From Phaeosaccion multiseriatum (lineage: Eukaryota > Protista > Ochrophyta, other classes): 64,000 nt of DNA. Positions 33,617-47,615 of the stretch are shown here, one piece after another. The stretch covers positions 4,526,001 through 4,590,000 of the forward strand of contig OZ218951.1 in NCBI GenBank assembly GCA_965112735.1, in the 5' to 3' direction. Each line of letters starts with the position of its first letter. Positions within the stretch are counted from its first letter, which is position 1. The position numbers and the translations under genes were made by a program. The notes beneath the pieces were generated by a model. The model did not search any database. It saw only the letters and a program-made list of their open reading frames with translations, and was not told the DNA's origin.

Positions 33617-36600
33617 CTATCCGAAGCCCTTTGAAGGCCTCGCTCCCTTGCCCTTTGGCTCCTTCTTCTTTTTTCGGCGCGCGGAACGGTTACCCGACTC
33701 CATCATGGCTTGCTGCATAGCCCCGTCCATGGGCTGGAGTCACAGAGATACACGCGAGGCATATATACATAGATCGATAGACAGATAGACAGATCGACAG
33801 ATCGACAGATCGACAGATCGACGCATGCCAGCATCCACCGCGATACCCACAAGGGAGCAGCGGGGGATGTATTCAAAGACCACCAACAGCGCATGTGTCC
33901 AGCAGCAGGGAGGGGACGAAGGAAGAGCAGAGCGCGTGTGGATAATTTAGTACAGTGGTAAAAGAGAGCGATATGGCGGGGGGGGGGGAGAGAAAGGCGC
34001 CTACTCCCCTACGTCAGTCACACCCTCCCGACTACCCCTCATCCAGCGCCTGACACACACACTCATATACACACACGTTTCACCCCCATCCGCTTTCCCC
34101 TCCGCTCCAACTCATTGCCTCCTCATGCTTGCGGGTCTGTCCCTCCCTCCCTTCCTCCCTTGCTCCTTACCTTGTTTGGGTCTACCCCACCGCCCATCAT
34201 CTGTTTCGACATGTTGGCCATCATGTTTCGCATCGTTTCGAACTCACTCACGAACTGCGACACCTCCTTTTGGGGTAGACCCGCTCCCTATGAGTGTGTG
34301 TGTGCATGCGTGTGTGTGCGTGCGTGTGCGTGTGTGTGAGAGAGAGAGTATGTGTGCGTATGTGTGCCCCCAGCCAAAGCAAGCGAGGGGGAAGTGATAA
34401 CGTTAGTTATTCGAATATGCAGACGATCAAACGGAGGAGGAGGAGGAGGAGGAGGAGGAGGAGGGGTGGGGGGTGTCGACCGGAGCTAGAGGTGGAACAT
34501 TCAACGACTGACTGACTGACGGACTGACCCACCGACCGACCGACTGACTGACAGACGGACTGACGGTCTGAGGTACCTCCCTGCCTGACTGACCCACCGA
34601 CCGACTGACTGACTGAACGACCAACCGACTGACTGACTGACTGGCTGACTGACTGGCGGATCTCCTGCACGACTGACGGACGGACGGACTGACTGGCTGA
34701 CTGGCTGGCTGACTGACTGGCTGACTATCACTGACTGATTGAATATAACCCACTCACCCTCGCGATACGGCGCTGTCGACTAAAGGCGGTCCTGTCTGAG
34801 GTCAAGAGATCAGGAGTTTTTCGCTCCGTATTGGTCATTGAGCTGCTCAGAAACGATTCATTGGGGTAGGGGTGCAAGAGGGAGAGAGGGACAGCGAGTG
34901 AGGTGGACAAAAGACAAGAGAGAGGGAGAGAGAAAGAGACGGGGAGAGAAATGTGGGCAGGGGAGGGGAAGGGGCTGGAGTATCGATGAGCCCAAAGCCC
35001 ACAGGCCGCTCACACCCCCACACCGCACTCACTTGATGACCACCTCATTCCTGGCGAGTTTGGCCTCTGCCTCGTCGAGCTTCTTGGCGCTGAACTGCCC
35101 CGCCATGCCCGGCATCATTCTCGCCACCCCGGCCATGTTGCCCATATTCTTCATCATGCGGCTCTGCGTGCGGAAGTCGTCAAAGTCGAAGGTGGCGTCC
35201 ATCATTTTCTGTTTCGTTTGGGGGGGTGTAGGCGTGGAGGGAGGGAAGAAATGAATAATGAGTGAGCGAAGTGAGGAATGAATGCCACCGCTTCTCCTCT
35301 GCCGCACGCACTTCAGCAATGCGGCATCTCCTCTCTCTGTTCCTCATGCCTCTCATCCTTTATCTCACTCACCTTGGTAAGTCGCTCTGCCTCCTTATCC
35401 GATAGCTCCTTCTGCGCCTTCTCCACGAGACTCACGACATCTCCCATACCCAGGATGCGAGACGCCTGTCAAGCGGATGTCAAGCAGTTGTTAAACGATC
35501 ACTTAGTGAGCACTTGTCAGAGGTTGTTGAGCAGTTGTAGTAGGCAGTTGTCAGGAGGCTGTCAAGCCTTCGTCAAGCATTTGTAAAGCAGTGGCCAAGC
35601 AAGTTGTCAAGCAGTCGTCAAGCAGTGGTCACGCAGTTTGTTCACAGTAGCCACACACACGCACCATTCTCTCTGGAAAGAAGGGCTCCAACGCGTCCAC
35701 CTTCTCTCCCACACCACAGAACTTGATAGGCTTGCCAGAAACACCCTGTTATACGGGTTCGGAGAGAGGGAGGGAGGCAGGAAGGAGGAAAAGGCGGGGA
35801 GAGGAGGAGGAGGAGGAGGGGGAGGAGGACGAGGAGGAGGATTACATTACCTCACGCCATCATATGTTATTGTGGTGAGTGACCCGTCAGCCAGCAGATG
35901 AGGGTACATACACATACACCAGCCACAAGGAGGTAGAAGAGCAACAGCAGTGGCATAGATGGTCCTTCCTCTAAGCAGATAAAGCTATCACAAATTACTA
36001 CTGGTACGCTCATCCTCCCGCTCTGGCTGACAGGTGACGGTAGTATCAGATACGCCAACCCTCCGTGCCACTATTGCTGGAGAATAGCGCGCACACACAC
36101 ATGCACATACACGCACACGCACACCCACCCGCCAGCCCGCCTTATAAAGTAGCCTATGCCTGTTCCTCTCCCTCCCTCACTCACGCACTCACTCACGCAC
36201 CTGCACAGACAGCGCCGCTCCGCCCCTGTTGTCTCCGTCCATCTTAGTGAGGACCGCTCCCGTGATGCCCACCTAAGAGTACGTAAGTAGCAAGATGGCA
36301 TACCGCAAGCAAGAGGTTAAATATGAGTGACAGTGGGTAATCCGCCTCCAGCTCGCACAGGTTTCAGTTCCAGCTCACGACATACACAACCGTATGTACG
36401 TACGTACGTACCTTGTCGTTGAAGACCTTGGTGAGTGTGGCGGCCTCCTGACCGGTCATGGCATCCACCACCAGCAGGATCTCGTCTGGCTTGCACGCCG
36501 TCTGGGGTCAGGGGGGATTCGGGGTCAGTCAGTAAGTCAATAAGCCGGGAGAGAGAGTGGGTGGGTATCTGGTGACAGTCTGTCTGTCTACTTAACTCTT

Positions 36601-39115
36601 TTCTCTCTCTGTGTATGTGTCTTTCCGTCCCTTCCTTCCTCCCTCCCTCCCTTGCCCCCCCTTCCTCCCTCCCTGCCTCCCTCCCTCCCTTGGCCTCCCC
36701 TCCTACCTCACCTTGACATTCACGAGTTCTTTCATGAGAGTGTCGTCGACAACCTGTCGCCCTGCTGTATCCACAATAACGGTATTAAAGCCATTGTCCT
36801 TGGCGTACTGCACTCCGTTCGTCACGATATCCACGGGGCTCACGTCTCGCCTGAGTGTGAGGAGAGTTAACGTCGGGTGAGGCAGGGACGAGCGAGCCCC
36901 CGTCCGCAAGCATATGGGAGGACCGTCGACACAAGTAGGTAGGTTGGTAGTATGAAGACGCAGAGAGAGAGGAGTTAAGGGGTCTCACTCTTCTCTCTCT
37001 CTCTCGCTCACACATACGCACTCACGTAATCACTCACCCTTCTGTGTAGACTTCGCTCCCAACCTGCAGGGCCAGCGTCTGAAGCTGTTCAATAGCTGCA
37101 GGCCTGTACACGTCCCCAGCCACCATCAACACCTGAGTCACAGGTCAAGTGCCACGTCACATGCGTGTAAGTATACAGGAAGTAAGAAGGGGAGGGGAGG
37201 GGGAGGGAGGGAGGAAGGGAGGGAGGGGAGGAAGGAAGGGTGCGTAACAACAACAGCAGCAACACAACACTAACAGCAACAAACAAGCATGGCAGGCACT
37301 TCGACGAGGGAAATTGGCGCCCTGCCCCTCCCTACCCTTCCCTCTCTCACCTTCCGTGGCTTCTCTCCTCCCTGGCAGAACTTTGTAAGCTTCGCCGCCG
37401 CCGTTGTTTTACCTATTCAGGCATATGGGCAGACACGCAGGCATACGGGTGGGCAGGCAGGAAGGCAGGAAGGCAGCCAGCAGGGAGACACGTCAGTTGC
37501 TGTGGTATTCCTCGCGTTTGAGAGAGAGTGGAAGGCAGGGCGGTGCCAGGACAAGGAAGCGTAGAGAGTAGAGGCAGGAGAGAAGGAAAAGGAAAAGCAA
37601 GGGACAGAGAAGGGCGCTTCTGGGACTCTTCATGTTGTTGTCGAAGTCTCCTCCGTCCCTCTCCCTCTCCCTCTCTCTCCCTCCCTCCCGCTCCCTCTCT
37701 ACAGCCGAAGCAGAGAGTACATGGCAGCTGATGGCAGGTGGAGAATTCAAGGCGGTCCAGGGCCCGCACGGCCACTCCCCACCACCACCACACGCCTAGG
37801 GCTGCCTTCCCCTCCTCCCCTCTATTCCTCACCTGCGCCCTGTAGACCAGCCAGCAGGATGACGGTCGGCTGCTCGTCTTCTCTTCTGGCTAGCGGGCTT
37901 TGCTTCTCACCCATCACTCGGACTAGCTCGTCATTCATCACCTTTGGTAGGAAGGAGGAGGAGGAGGAGGAGGAGGAGGAGGAGGAGGAGGAGGAGGAGG
38001 AGGAGGGAGGATCTCAGACGAAATCCCAGCAAAGAGGAGAACGAGACCCTATGGCAAGAGAAGCGAAAGAAAATACCACCCCCCTCCTCCCCCCCTCCTT
38101 CCCTTACTCACTCACCTTGATGAACTGCTGTGCGGGTGTGACTCCTTCGATGAGGGTCGTGCCTACGGCCTTGTTCTTGACGGCAGCCACGATGTCATTG
38201 GTGACTTTGAGATTCACGTCAGCGTCGAGGAGAGCTCTCTTGACCTCTTTCAGTGCGCCCTCCACACTGGACGGATGAAATAGTGTTGGTGGAAAGGTGG
38301 TTGATTGATATCGAGTAGAGCAAGGCAAAGGGAATGGGAAGGTAAGACGAGGCAAGGCCACGGCAAGGCAAGCCGGTATGCAGAAGCAAGCCGCAGCCAC
38401 AGGGGGTCGAAAAGCTTCGTACATGACACGCGACGTTGATACGTGGCAGCGAGAAGCGGAGGCAGAGCCCCCAATAGAAGAGCGAAACACAAGTGGAGGC
38501 GGCCCAAACCCAGCCTCTCTCCCCCCTATCAAACAACTCCTCTTATTATTTCTCCGTTAACTTACCTGTTGGCCGTGACCTTCTTCTTCCCCTTGAGCAT
38601 ATCACCCACCCCGCTCATGGCTGACGCCAGCTGGTCGAACATCATACTCATGCCTACCCTGCTGCCTCTGCTGGCTCTACTACTCGTGCTCCTTGCGTCC
38701 CAGTCACCCGTGGCCAGCCCCCTCGCCCTCCCATTCTGTGTGCTGCATTGCTGCGTGCTCAGAAATGCATTTCCCTTACATAGCGCAGGCGTGAGGAAAG
38801 CTCCTGAGTCTGTGTGAGGAGGAGAGGCAATAGGGAGGGAGGGGCACATGATGACAAGAATCGGAAGCATGGGAAGGGGGCGGCGAATTACAGCTTGTCT
38901 GCCAGCTCCTTCTCTGCTTCCCAACCCCTCTCCTTCTCGGGAAATCTTGCGGCCCGGCTCTAGACGCAGAGAGCAAGAAGTAGCGATACTCATACGCAAA
39001 CCCCCTCCACCTCAAACCCTCTCATGATCAGCAAAGCTCAGCCGCTTCTGGACCACGCACCTTCTACGCAGAGCACTGCCAAAGCAGCGCCCAGCAGCAC
39101 GCGAGGCCCAGTCAT
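33617..39115 (-). CDS. ffh: Plastid signal recognition particle 54 kDa protein (cpSRP54/Ffh), about 14 exons
   Basis: Signal exon MTGPRVLLGAALAVLCVE|DSGA-FLTP (ASAFAP-like), MFDQL, EVKRALLDADVN, AGLQGAG|KTT, DVYRPAAIEQL, DTAGR, VVDAMTGQ, TKMDGDNRGGAALS, PFFPERM|ASRILGMGD, M-domain FDFDDF..MMPGM, ending SKGFG* at 33617. Confidence 0.95.
35467..35640. repeat. Degenerate ~11 bp minisatellite (GTCAAGCAGTT-like) filling an SRP54 intron
   Basis: Repeated TGTCAAGC/GCAGTT blocks. Confidence 0.7.
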
Positions 39116-39442
39116 GGCTACTCGCAAATCCCACACGGACTCCTTCTCTCTTGTGTTTGAGGGACCGGGTCAGAAGGCTGAGCAAGAGGTGAATTTGAAT
39201 GTAAGTAATTTGCTTGTTCGATCCAACCTACGCTCTTCGCTCTCCCCTCTCTGTAGTAGTAGTTCTCACAAAGCGCTGCAAGAGAGAGGAGAGAATCATC
39301 TGTAGCAGTGGTAGTAGAAGCCGCAGCCACTGCAGAGGCAGCAGCAGGCAGCCGTTTACCGTGCCAAATCCTCTGTTGAAGCCAGTTTCTTGGCTAGAGA
39401 TTTCAGGCGTGCTGAGCGATGAGTAGTGCCAGCAACAATGAC

Positions 39443-42400
39443 ATGGCTGCGGAAGCCGTTCGACCTTCTCTGACTCTAGCGGAGGAAGATGCTGGCGGGG
39501 AAGGTGATGCAAGAGGGCAAGAGGCACAAGGACTGCCGCCACCCCTTCCAGAAGGGCATCAGACACCACATCAGCATCCCGCTCCCGGAATAGCCACACC
39601 GAGGGTTGTCGTGGCGGCACAGCCAAGAGGTAAGTATTGTTTCCCCCCTCCCCCTCCTCTCTCTATTCATCCGCTCCCGTCTCTCCCTCGCCCTCGATCC
39701 ATACCATTGTCCCTCTCCTGAGCCGTAAAATGGATGTGCTGTGCGTCCCTGTTTTCACCCGCCAGACGGAGCGAGTAATATGGTTCAACAGCAGCAGCAG
39801 CAGCAGCAGCAGCCCCCTCCACCTTCTTTACCGCAACAGCTGCAAGAGATTCGTGCAATGCATCACGCCCAACAGAGGGCAAACGTGCAACAACGGCAGC
39901 TTCAGCAAGCACAAGCGCTGCCGTTGTCTTCGGGCCAACAGCGCGAGCTTATTGAGGGGAGGATGAGGCTGCAACAACAGCACGCAGAGCTTCGTCTACG
40001 GGACCTGCGGAGGCAGGAACTGGAGCAGCAGCAGGGAGGTGCAGGCAGAGGTGATGGCAGCGTGTCCTCTGGTGAGACTCCTCAACCAAGCCCTCCAAAT
40101 CCTCCCGTGGCCCAGCCGAATGAGCAGCAGCCACCGGTGCAGCAGGTCCAGCAGAGGCGAGTCAACATCACCCTCCCTCCCGGGCAGAACTTCCATGTGC
40201 GTATCACCCCACGAGGTACGCCCACTGCAGCTCCAGCTGTTGGTGATGCAGCAGCAGCAGGAGGAGAAGGAGGAGGAGGGGGAGGAGGAAGAGTATCGGG
40301 ATCAGGAGCCGTAGAGGGTCAACCAGCGCTGATGCCGACGCCAACAGCAGGAACAGGATCGGCCGCAGCAGCAGGAGAAGGAGGAGGTGGAGACGGGGGA
40401 GGCGGAAGAGGAGGAGTAAGAAGGAGGGGGGAGGGAAGCGGTAGCAGCAGCGGAAGGGGCTGGCGAGCAGGTAGGAATTCAAGTATCTGAGCGTACCAGG
40501 CTGTGTTGCTAGCATGAAGAGAAGGGAGGCAGGGAAGGAAGGAGTGGATGTGTAACTCTGCCTTGTGAGGGAGGAAGGGAAGGCAAGGGAAGGAAGGCAT
40601 GTGCCTGTGTCTTTGCCTCCTTTCAGTGGTTCATTCATCCACTCATTCATCGTTTCATCCATCCATCATTCATCCAGCCATCCACGTGAACAGCAGGTCA
40701 TCCGCCCACTCACCTCATTCACACGCATCCTTGCATCCATCGAACGCACCCACGCACGCACGCACCGCAGGCTTCTTCAACAGTGAGAGGCCCCGGGGCG
40801 GCGCAGCAGCTAATCTCACTACCAGCAGTGGAAGTGGGGCAACTGCATCGGGCGTGGGAGGGGCAGAGGTAGCGTTACCAGCGGGAGCAGCAGTTGGTGA
40901 TACAGCAGCAGAAAGGCGAGAAGCACAACAAGGACGGCAAGGGCAAAGGCATGGGCAGGAGGAGACTAAGAAGGAGGAGGACGTGGAGGATGAAGAGGAA
41001 GACACATACCCGGAGGAGTGGACCTGCCCAGTGTGCTTTAACCTCTTCGACGTCCCCATGCACCCCCCCTGCCAACACGCCGTGTGTAATTCCTGCCTAA
41101 CCGAGATCACCAACGGGGCGCTTCGCCAACCCTCTCGCTACGTGATGGATCCCCCTACAGCCCGCTTGACATTGCAGCCCCCGCCGCCCCCGACTTGCCC
41201 TATCTGCCGGACTCCATTCCGACCCGTCGACGTCCAGCGAGGACCTGCGGCGCTGCTGGCAAGCATGCAGGCGGGGAGGGTACGGTGCCAGAACAGCAAC
41301 AGGTCTAGCCCAAGGGGCTGGGGAAGGGTGGGAGAAGGAGGGAGGGCGTCGTCGTCGAATGTCTCAAGTGCTGTCGCCCCCGCCTCGGGCAGCAGCAGTA
41401 GTAGCAGCAGCAGTAGTAGTAGTAGCAGCAGCAGCAGTGGTGGCGGGAATGGCCAGAATGGCAGCAGCAGCCGACGGCGATCCTTGGGGTGTGGTGCCGA
41501 GTTCAGTCCGTTGCTGTGGAAGCAACATCAGCTTGTGTGTCCTCTTGCCATTACGTCCTGCCCCCGCTCGGATATGGGGTGTACACACACGGGTAGGCGA
41601 GACGGCATGAGCAGGCACTTGTCTGTGTGCCCTTACGAGAGGGTGAAGGGACTGCAACCCAGACTGGTGGGTAAAATGGACAAGCTTGGCGAAACAGTCA
41701 AGGTGAGGATGGATGGATGGTAGGAGGAGGAGGAGGATTTGATGTCGTGTGGTTGATGAATTGAGTGATTTGGATGGATGGTAGGAGGAGGAGGAGGATT
41801 TGATGTCGTGTGGTTGATCTGAGGGGATGGCATGGAGTATTGCGGCATTAAGGAGGAGTGCTCGTGGCAGGTGGCAGTGGTGTTGCCCGTTATTTAAAGC
41901 CCTTGCTCTACGGGCTGCTTTTTCTTCCCACCGCGCCTCCCTCCACACTCTCTCTCTCTCTCTCACCGTGCAGTCATATTTTCTCTCTCTGGCTGCCTCA
42001 TCTCTGTTCCCTCCCTCCCCCCCCACCCTCTCTCTGTGTGTGCCTCAACCGGCAAATTCACCCACTCCTCCCCATTCCTCTCTCTCTCACACACACACAC
42101 CCCGCATCCCCCCCAACACACGCACGCACACACACACCAACTACACTGCACTTGACTGGACCGGTCCCGTATATGCCTTTGTTGTGTGGGGTGTTGCGCA
42201 GGTGCTGGAGAACCACATTGTGCAGCAGAACGCGCAAATCACCTCGCTCTTCCAACATATTGCAAACATGCAATTCCGCTACGACACCGCGAATGCATGG
42301 CACTTTGTGGTCATTGCCGTGCGCATCTTATGGCAGCCCAGCGAGTGGGGCGCGCACTTTAGAGAGAAGCTCTCTCGATACAACCTCGTTGCTGCTATAA

Positions 42401-44261
42401 GCATATGGTACATCCTCCCCTTCGTCCTGGGCGCAGGGGTGTGGTTCGCCCGGGCACTTGTGTCCTCCTGGGCGTTTTGGGAGCATGGGAGCGGGAGCTG
42501 GAGCAGCGGTGGGAGCCGTGGAGGTGGTGGAAGTGGGAGCGTTGTCGAGGTAGGGGGAGGAGGGGGTTGGGGAGAGTGGGAGGCCTTTCTGGCGCAGTTT
42601 CTGCAGCTGGGGGATGGACTGGCGCGGCAGGGCTGGGGGGGAATACTTTGGGGGTCCAGTGACGGTTATGGTGACGCCCAAGGATGGGAGGAGGGGGAGT
42701 GTCGAGTTGTGGGCGGCGGCGACGCTGGAGGAGGAGGGAGGGGGGTGGAGCAGTGCGGTGATGTAGTGGCCGCTCTCGTCTCGTTTTTGGGGCTACGCAG
42801 CGGGATGGTTGCCAATGGTACGTGCACACACACGCATACATACACGCACATACACACACGCACAAATACTCTCACACACGAGCGTGCACACACGCGCACA
42901 CACAACACAAACCAGCACTCACTCGCACCCACACGCACCCACACACGCGCACACACATACGCACACCCCGATGGTACCCAAACGAATGAGTCCCCCCCCC
43001 CCCCAGCCCACATACCCGTCCGTCTTCCTGATTTTTGGTCTCCGTCTCTTCTCTCCTCCTCCTCAATTAACAAACACCTTCCTTTCTCCCCTTTTCCTTC
43101 GGTGTATTCTGCTTGCCTATGCACCTACCTATCTACCCACCTACCTTCCCACCTACCTACTTATCTGCCTACCTTCCTTCCTACCTACCTACCTACCTAC
43201 CTACCTACCTACCTACCTACCTACCTACCTGCCTACCTACCTACGTATCTACCCCCCTTCCCACCTCCCTACTTACCTACCTACCTACCCACCTACCCAC
43301 CTACCCACGTACCCACCTACCTACGTATCTACCCACCTTCCTACCTACCTACGTACCTACCCACCTGCCTACTTACCTACGTACCTACCCACCCTACCTA
43401 CCCACCTACCCACCTACCTATCTACATCCTTCTCTCCCTTGCCTACCTACCTACCTACCCACCTACCTACCTACCTATCTACTTTTCTACCTACCTACCT
43501 ACCTACCTACCTACCTACCTACCTACCTACCTATCTACCTATCTACCTACCTACGCAACTGCCTACCTGGCTACGAAGGGCTGCTGAAGGCGTCGGCGCT
43601 AGCATTGCACAACATCTTCGCCTTCCCGACGTGGCTTGTAAGCTGGGTATTCGACTTGGCGACAGAAGCAGGACCAGGGGCAGGGGCAGGGACAGGGACA
43701 GAGACGATGGTGCTTTTTGCTCCTTATCGCTCACTCCCCCTCATCGGGCTGCTCCTGGTGGGGCTGCTGTCCGCCCTTGTGCTCAACAAGCTGTGGGGCT
43801 GGGAGGCAGGCAATTTGTCAAAGTGGGAGTCACGGCTCGGTTTGGCGGGTGAGTTGATTGGTTCAGGGAAGGAAGGAGGAAGGGAGGGAGGGAGGGAGCG
43901 GGTGGGTTTGGTTTGGTTTGGTTTGGTTTGGTTTGGCTTTTCAAGATGGCACTCTACTCTTTGTCGTTCTTATGGTAGCCATCGGCTGGTTGTTCGACTT
44001 GCGCTCAACCACTTACTCACCACCACACTGCCATACGCTGCTGCGGTCCTCCACCCCTGTACCCTTCTTCGTGTGGCGCATGCAGGGGGGAGGCGCTCGG
44101 TGGTTCCCTTCTCCTTGCCCTTCCCCTTGCCCTCGTTTGGCGACGCCGTGGCGACGTTCTTCATCGCAGCGGTGACCCACACGCTGGATCGAGCGGAGCT
44201 GGGAGGAGTGGCTCCGGTGGCTGTGCAGGTGAGTGAGGTGGAGCTGTCGATCGGAGGGAGC

Positions 44262-44296
<35 letters not shown>

Positions 44297-46120
44297 CCTC
44301 TTTGTTTCTCTCTCTCCCCCTCTCTCTCTTCTTTGGATGTCTATCGCCCCCCCTCTCTCTTCTCTGTCTGTCCCTTCTGCCTCAGAAATCGACCCTTTTA
44401 TCGTATACCTCCATACCGTGCGTGCGTGCTTCTTCTTCGCCCCTTTACACCCTGTCACTGCCCGATGGCACTCTATGGCACTCCCTTTCGTTCCTCTGCT
44501 GCCCGCCGCCGCCCCATCCTTTTCCACCCCCGCAGAGCCTGGCGCTGCTGTGTGCTCTCTCCGTGCCCTTTGCCCTGGAGGCCGTGAGCGAGCATCGCCA
44601 TGTAGAGCGTGTCACACATGTCGTCCAACACCACATGGCGAGAGGGCATGTCATGACGCCGCCACCGACAGTCAAGCGGGCCAAGATTAGGTGAGAGATA
44701 AGAGGGATAGAGAGGGAGGGACAGGACACGAGAGAGAGAGGAGGGTGGGGGTGGGAGGAGAGAGGGTAGGGAGATGGAGAGGGAGGGAGGGAGAGAGGAC
44801 ACGAGAAGGGGGTGGAGGGGGCGGGAAGGCGAGAAGACGGAGGGAGGTAGAAGGATAGAGAGGACAGGAGAGCTGTAGAGAGATGCCTCTCCCGCTGGCA
44901 AGTCACAGTACCTTTATTTCTGCATGTCATTTTCTCTCTTTCGCTGTCTCTCTCTCTCTCTCTCTCTCTCTGGCTCGCTCGCTTTCTCCCAGGGCTCCTG
45001 TGATCCGAGGCTACATGCTGGGCTTGTTGTTATCCAGGCTTGGCGCCAAACACACCTGGGGCGTGGTGCAGATGTTCTACAGCGTCTCTCTGGGCCTGGC
45101 TCTACTTTACGGCGAGAGCATCAAAGCAGGGCTCCAATCCGGAGTGGCGCAGCGAATCAAAACGCGGTTGGGGGCCACTGTCATGTGAGTGAGTGAGTGA
45201 GGGAGTGAGTGAGTGAGTCATAGTCTTGCCCCCCTCTCTTTGAATGCACTTTCGAGCCGCCTCCCGTCCACAATTTCCCTCCCCCACCCCCTCCCCCGCT
45301 GGCTCGCCTCGACTCGCTTTTTATCTATCGTCGTCCTCCGCTCACATTTGGCTGTCCTGTCACCTCCCTCTCCCCCCCACCGACCTGCCTGTCTGTCCCC
45401 TCCCTCTCCCCCTCCACCCCCCCACCACCCGGTCTTGTCTGCCCCGATCAGTTGGGAGCAAATCGCGTCTCTGTCGGGTCACCAAAGATGGGCCAGGCAG
45501 TGGAGTGCCGGCCGCCGCAAGTCTGTGGGCAGATTGCTTCTGAGCTCTCCGTTGGTGGCGCTGCTGAGGGGGTGGGATCGAAAGGTGAGAAGCAGCAAGA
45601 GGGGCACGGGGTCGTCGTCAAGTCGAGTCTAGTCTAGTGTGTGTGTATGTGTTTGCAGCCACCCTAGACTGCAGCAGCTAGGTGTGTCGAGCACCCGCCC
45701 AAGAGTACCCCCCGGGGGCTGAAACCAACGCTTCCCCATCTCGTCCTCTCTTCCTCTCTCCTCTCCACCCCCCGCTCTCTGTCCTATCCCAACTCCCCCC
45801 CCCCCCCAATCCCCCTCCTCCCTGATGCCTCAGGAGGAGCTCCTCCTGGTGTGGTACCTCTCTCTGTCTATGCTCATCGCCGTGGCCCTGTTCGAGAGCG
45901 TGGTGCAGTACCTCGTAAGGACGGGCCTCGTACTCGGCTCAGCTCCCCCACACGTTATCCAAGCGGCCGCTGCCGCCGCCTCTGCTGCTGCTGCGGGTGC
46001 CGCTGCTGCTGAAAGTGGCCTTTACGCTGGGCAGCCTCCTCCCGTCGCCACCACCAATGGTAATGGGAGCGGCGCTGCCTTGGGTGGCACAGAAGCGACA
46101 GGAGCAGCAGCGGCAGCAGG

Positions 46121-46154
<34 letters not shown>

Positions 46155-46556
46155 CCAGGAGGAGGAGGAGGAGGAGGAGGAGGAGGAGGAGGAGGAGGAG
46201 CAGCAGTAGCAGGAGCGGCAGGAGGAGGAGCAGGAGGACCAGCAGTAGCAGTAGCAGCAGCAGCAGCAGCAGCAGCAGGAGGAGGAGGAGGAGGAGCAGC
46301 AGGAGGAGGAGGAGGAGGAGGAGGAGGAGGAGGAGGAGGAGGAGGAGGAGGAGGAGGAGGAGGGCCTGCTGCGGCTGCCCAGGGGCGGAGAGGTCCAGTG
46401 AACGCGCCTGCTGCTGGTACTGCTGCGGCTGCGGCTGTCCACAACCCCCGCTCTCGGGGCAGAAAGGGCTTCGTTCCCGAGTGGATGCTGGGGAAGCCTG
46501 TGTTGTTTGCCGCTGCCGTAGGATATCTCACTTTGAGTGGCTATGGAGGAGCCTGA
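39443..46556 (+). CDS. RING (C3HC4) + TRAF-type zinc finger protein with multi-pass membrane C-terminal region; putative E3 ligase, multi-exon
   Basis: [31 protein letters not shown]; [28 protein letters not shown]; short coiled coil; hydrophobic exons at ~42202-42817, 43590-43850, 44020-44228, 44550-44690, 44993-45184, 45451-45584 and 45834-46556 with GT-AG ends. Could be two genes. Confidence 0.7.
43120..43570. repeat. (ACCT)n degenerate microsatellite, intronic
   Basis: Read directly. Confidence 0.9.
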
Positions 46557-47039
46557 GGGGAGGGGAGGGGAGGGGAGAGAGGATGTGTGGGTCGCAGAGC
46601 GGGGGGGGGGGGGCGGGGCGAAGGTCTCCTCCAGGCGGTCAGGCAGGCCAAGAGGGAGAGAAGGAGGAGAGAGAGAGTCGTGCCCGGACCCACACACACA
46701 CACACACACACACAGAGAGAGAAAAAGAGGGAGGGAGAGTGAGGCTGAGAGAGAGCGAGGGAGAGGTCGAAGGCGACGGGGGCAGCAGGCACACAAATTG
46801 TTTTTTGGCCTTTTGACTCCGCAGCAGGGGCCGCACAAGGAAAGCAGCTTCTCCGACTGAGGGAACTGCGCAGAGCGGAGGAGGAGGAAGGCGCTCCATC
46901 CTCTCCTTCCATCCCTCTCCTTCATTGGTTCTATTGGAAAGACAGCAACAATGAGGAAGGAAATACATCAAAACGGGATCTTTGTGAGTATTTTTTTGAT
47001 CATTTGAGCTGCTCCGCTCCAGCCGACATGCTTCCTTGA

Positions 47040-47190
47040 CCAGGGCTCCTCCAGGGCAGGAAGCAATGCCTCATTGATGGGCTCGTCCAAACATGCCTTC
47101 CTCCCCCCCGTTCATTGCGACGAGCGCCCTCACAGCACCTCGCATCTGCGTCACGCTCTGACCACCTCTGATGGCTTCATCCATCAAGAC
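47040..47190 (-). pseudogene. Short N-terminal remnant of the same ankyrin gene family
   Basis: Minus strand reads LMDEAIRGGQSVTQMRGAVRALVAMNGG/fs/RKACLDEPINEALLPAL, versus LVQAIANGESAQRVQAAVRGVVAKNGGRKACLDEPLDETGLPAL in the intact gene. Confidence 0.75.
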
Positions 47191-47615
47191 TACAATAGCG
47201 GCCTGAAGGAGGAGGAGTTTAATGAGCACTCGCGCATGAATTGAGGCAATTGATGTACGATTTCTTTAGTTTTTTTGCCTTCTCCGCCAAGGCCTGCCTG
47301 AGGACCCTCCTTCGCCTTGGGCCGGTCACCTCTTGGGCCTGCCTCGCCGCTCCCTGGGTCTTTCACGTGTCTTTTACTGCAAGTATTGGGGCCCTCCTCC
47401 TTTCAAGGTAAATTTTAAATTATGCATTTTTCACTTGGTGTCAGGACAGGGGGTGTGGGGGTGGCTGCCTGTGTGGTGTGCATGTGGGTAGGGATGTGTG
47501 TGAGTTACAGTGGGGTACCGCCTCATCTTCATCCGTCATTATTATTGGCTCAGACCCTCGCTACCCCACCTTCCCAACGCCCTGACCACACCACAGGCGA
47601 GAGGTGCCCCTTTCA

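Noticed and set aside
35886-36031. Imperfect inverted repeat (GTCAGCCAG..GATGAG.GTAC) in an SRP54 intron; possible MITE or snoRNA
   Set aside because: Only about 19 paired bases with a gap; no TSD or box motifs identified.
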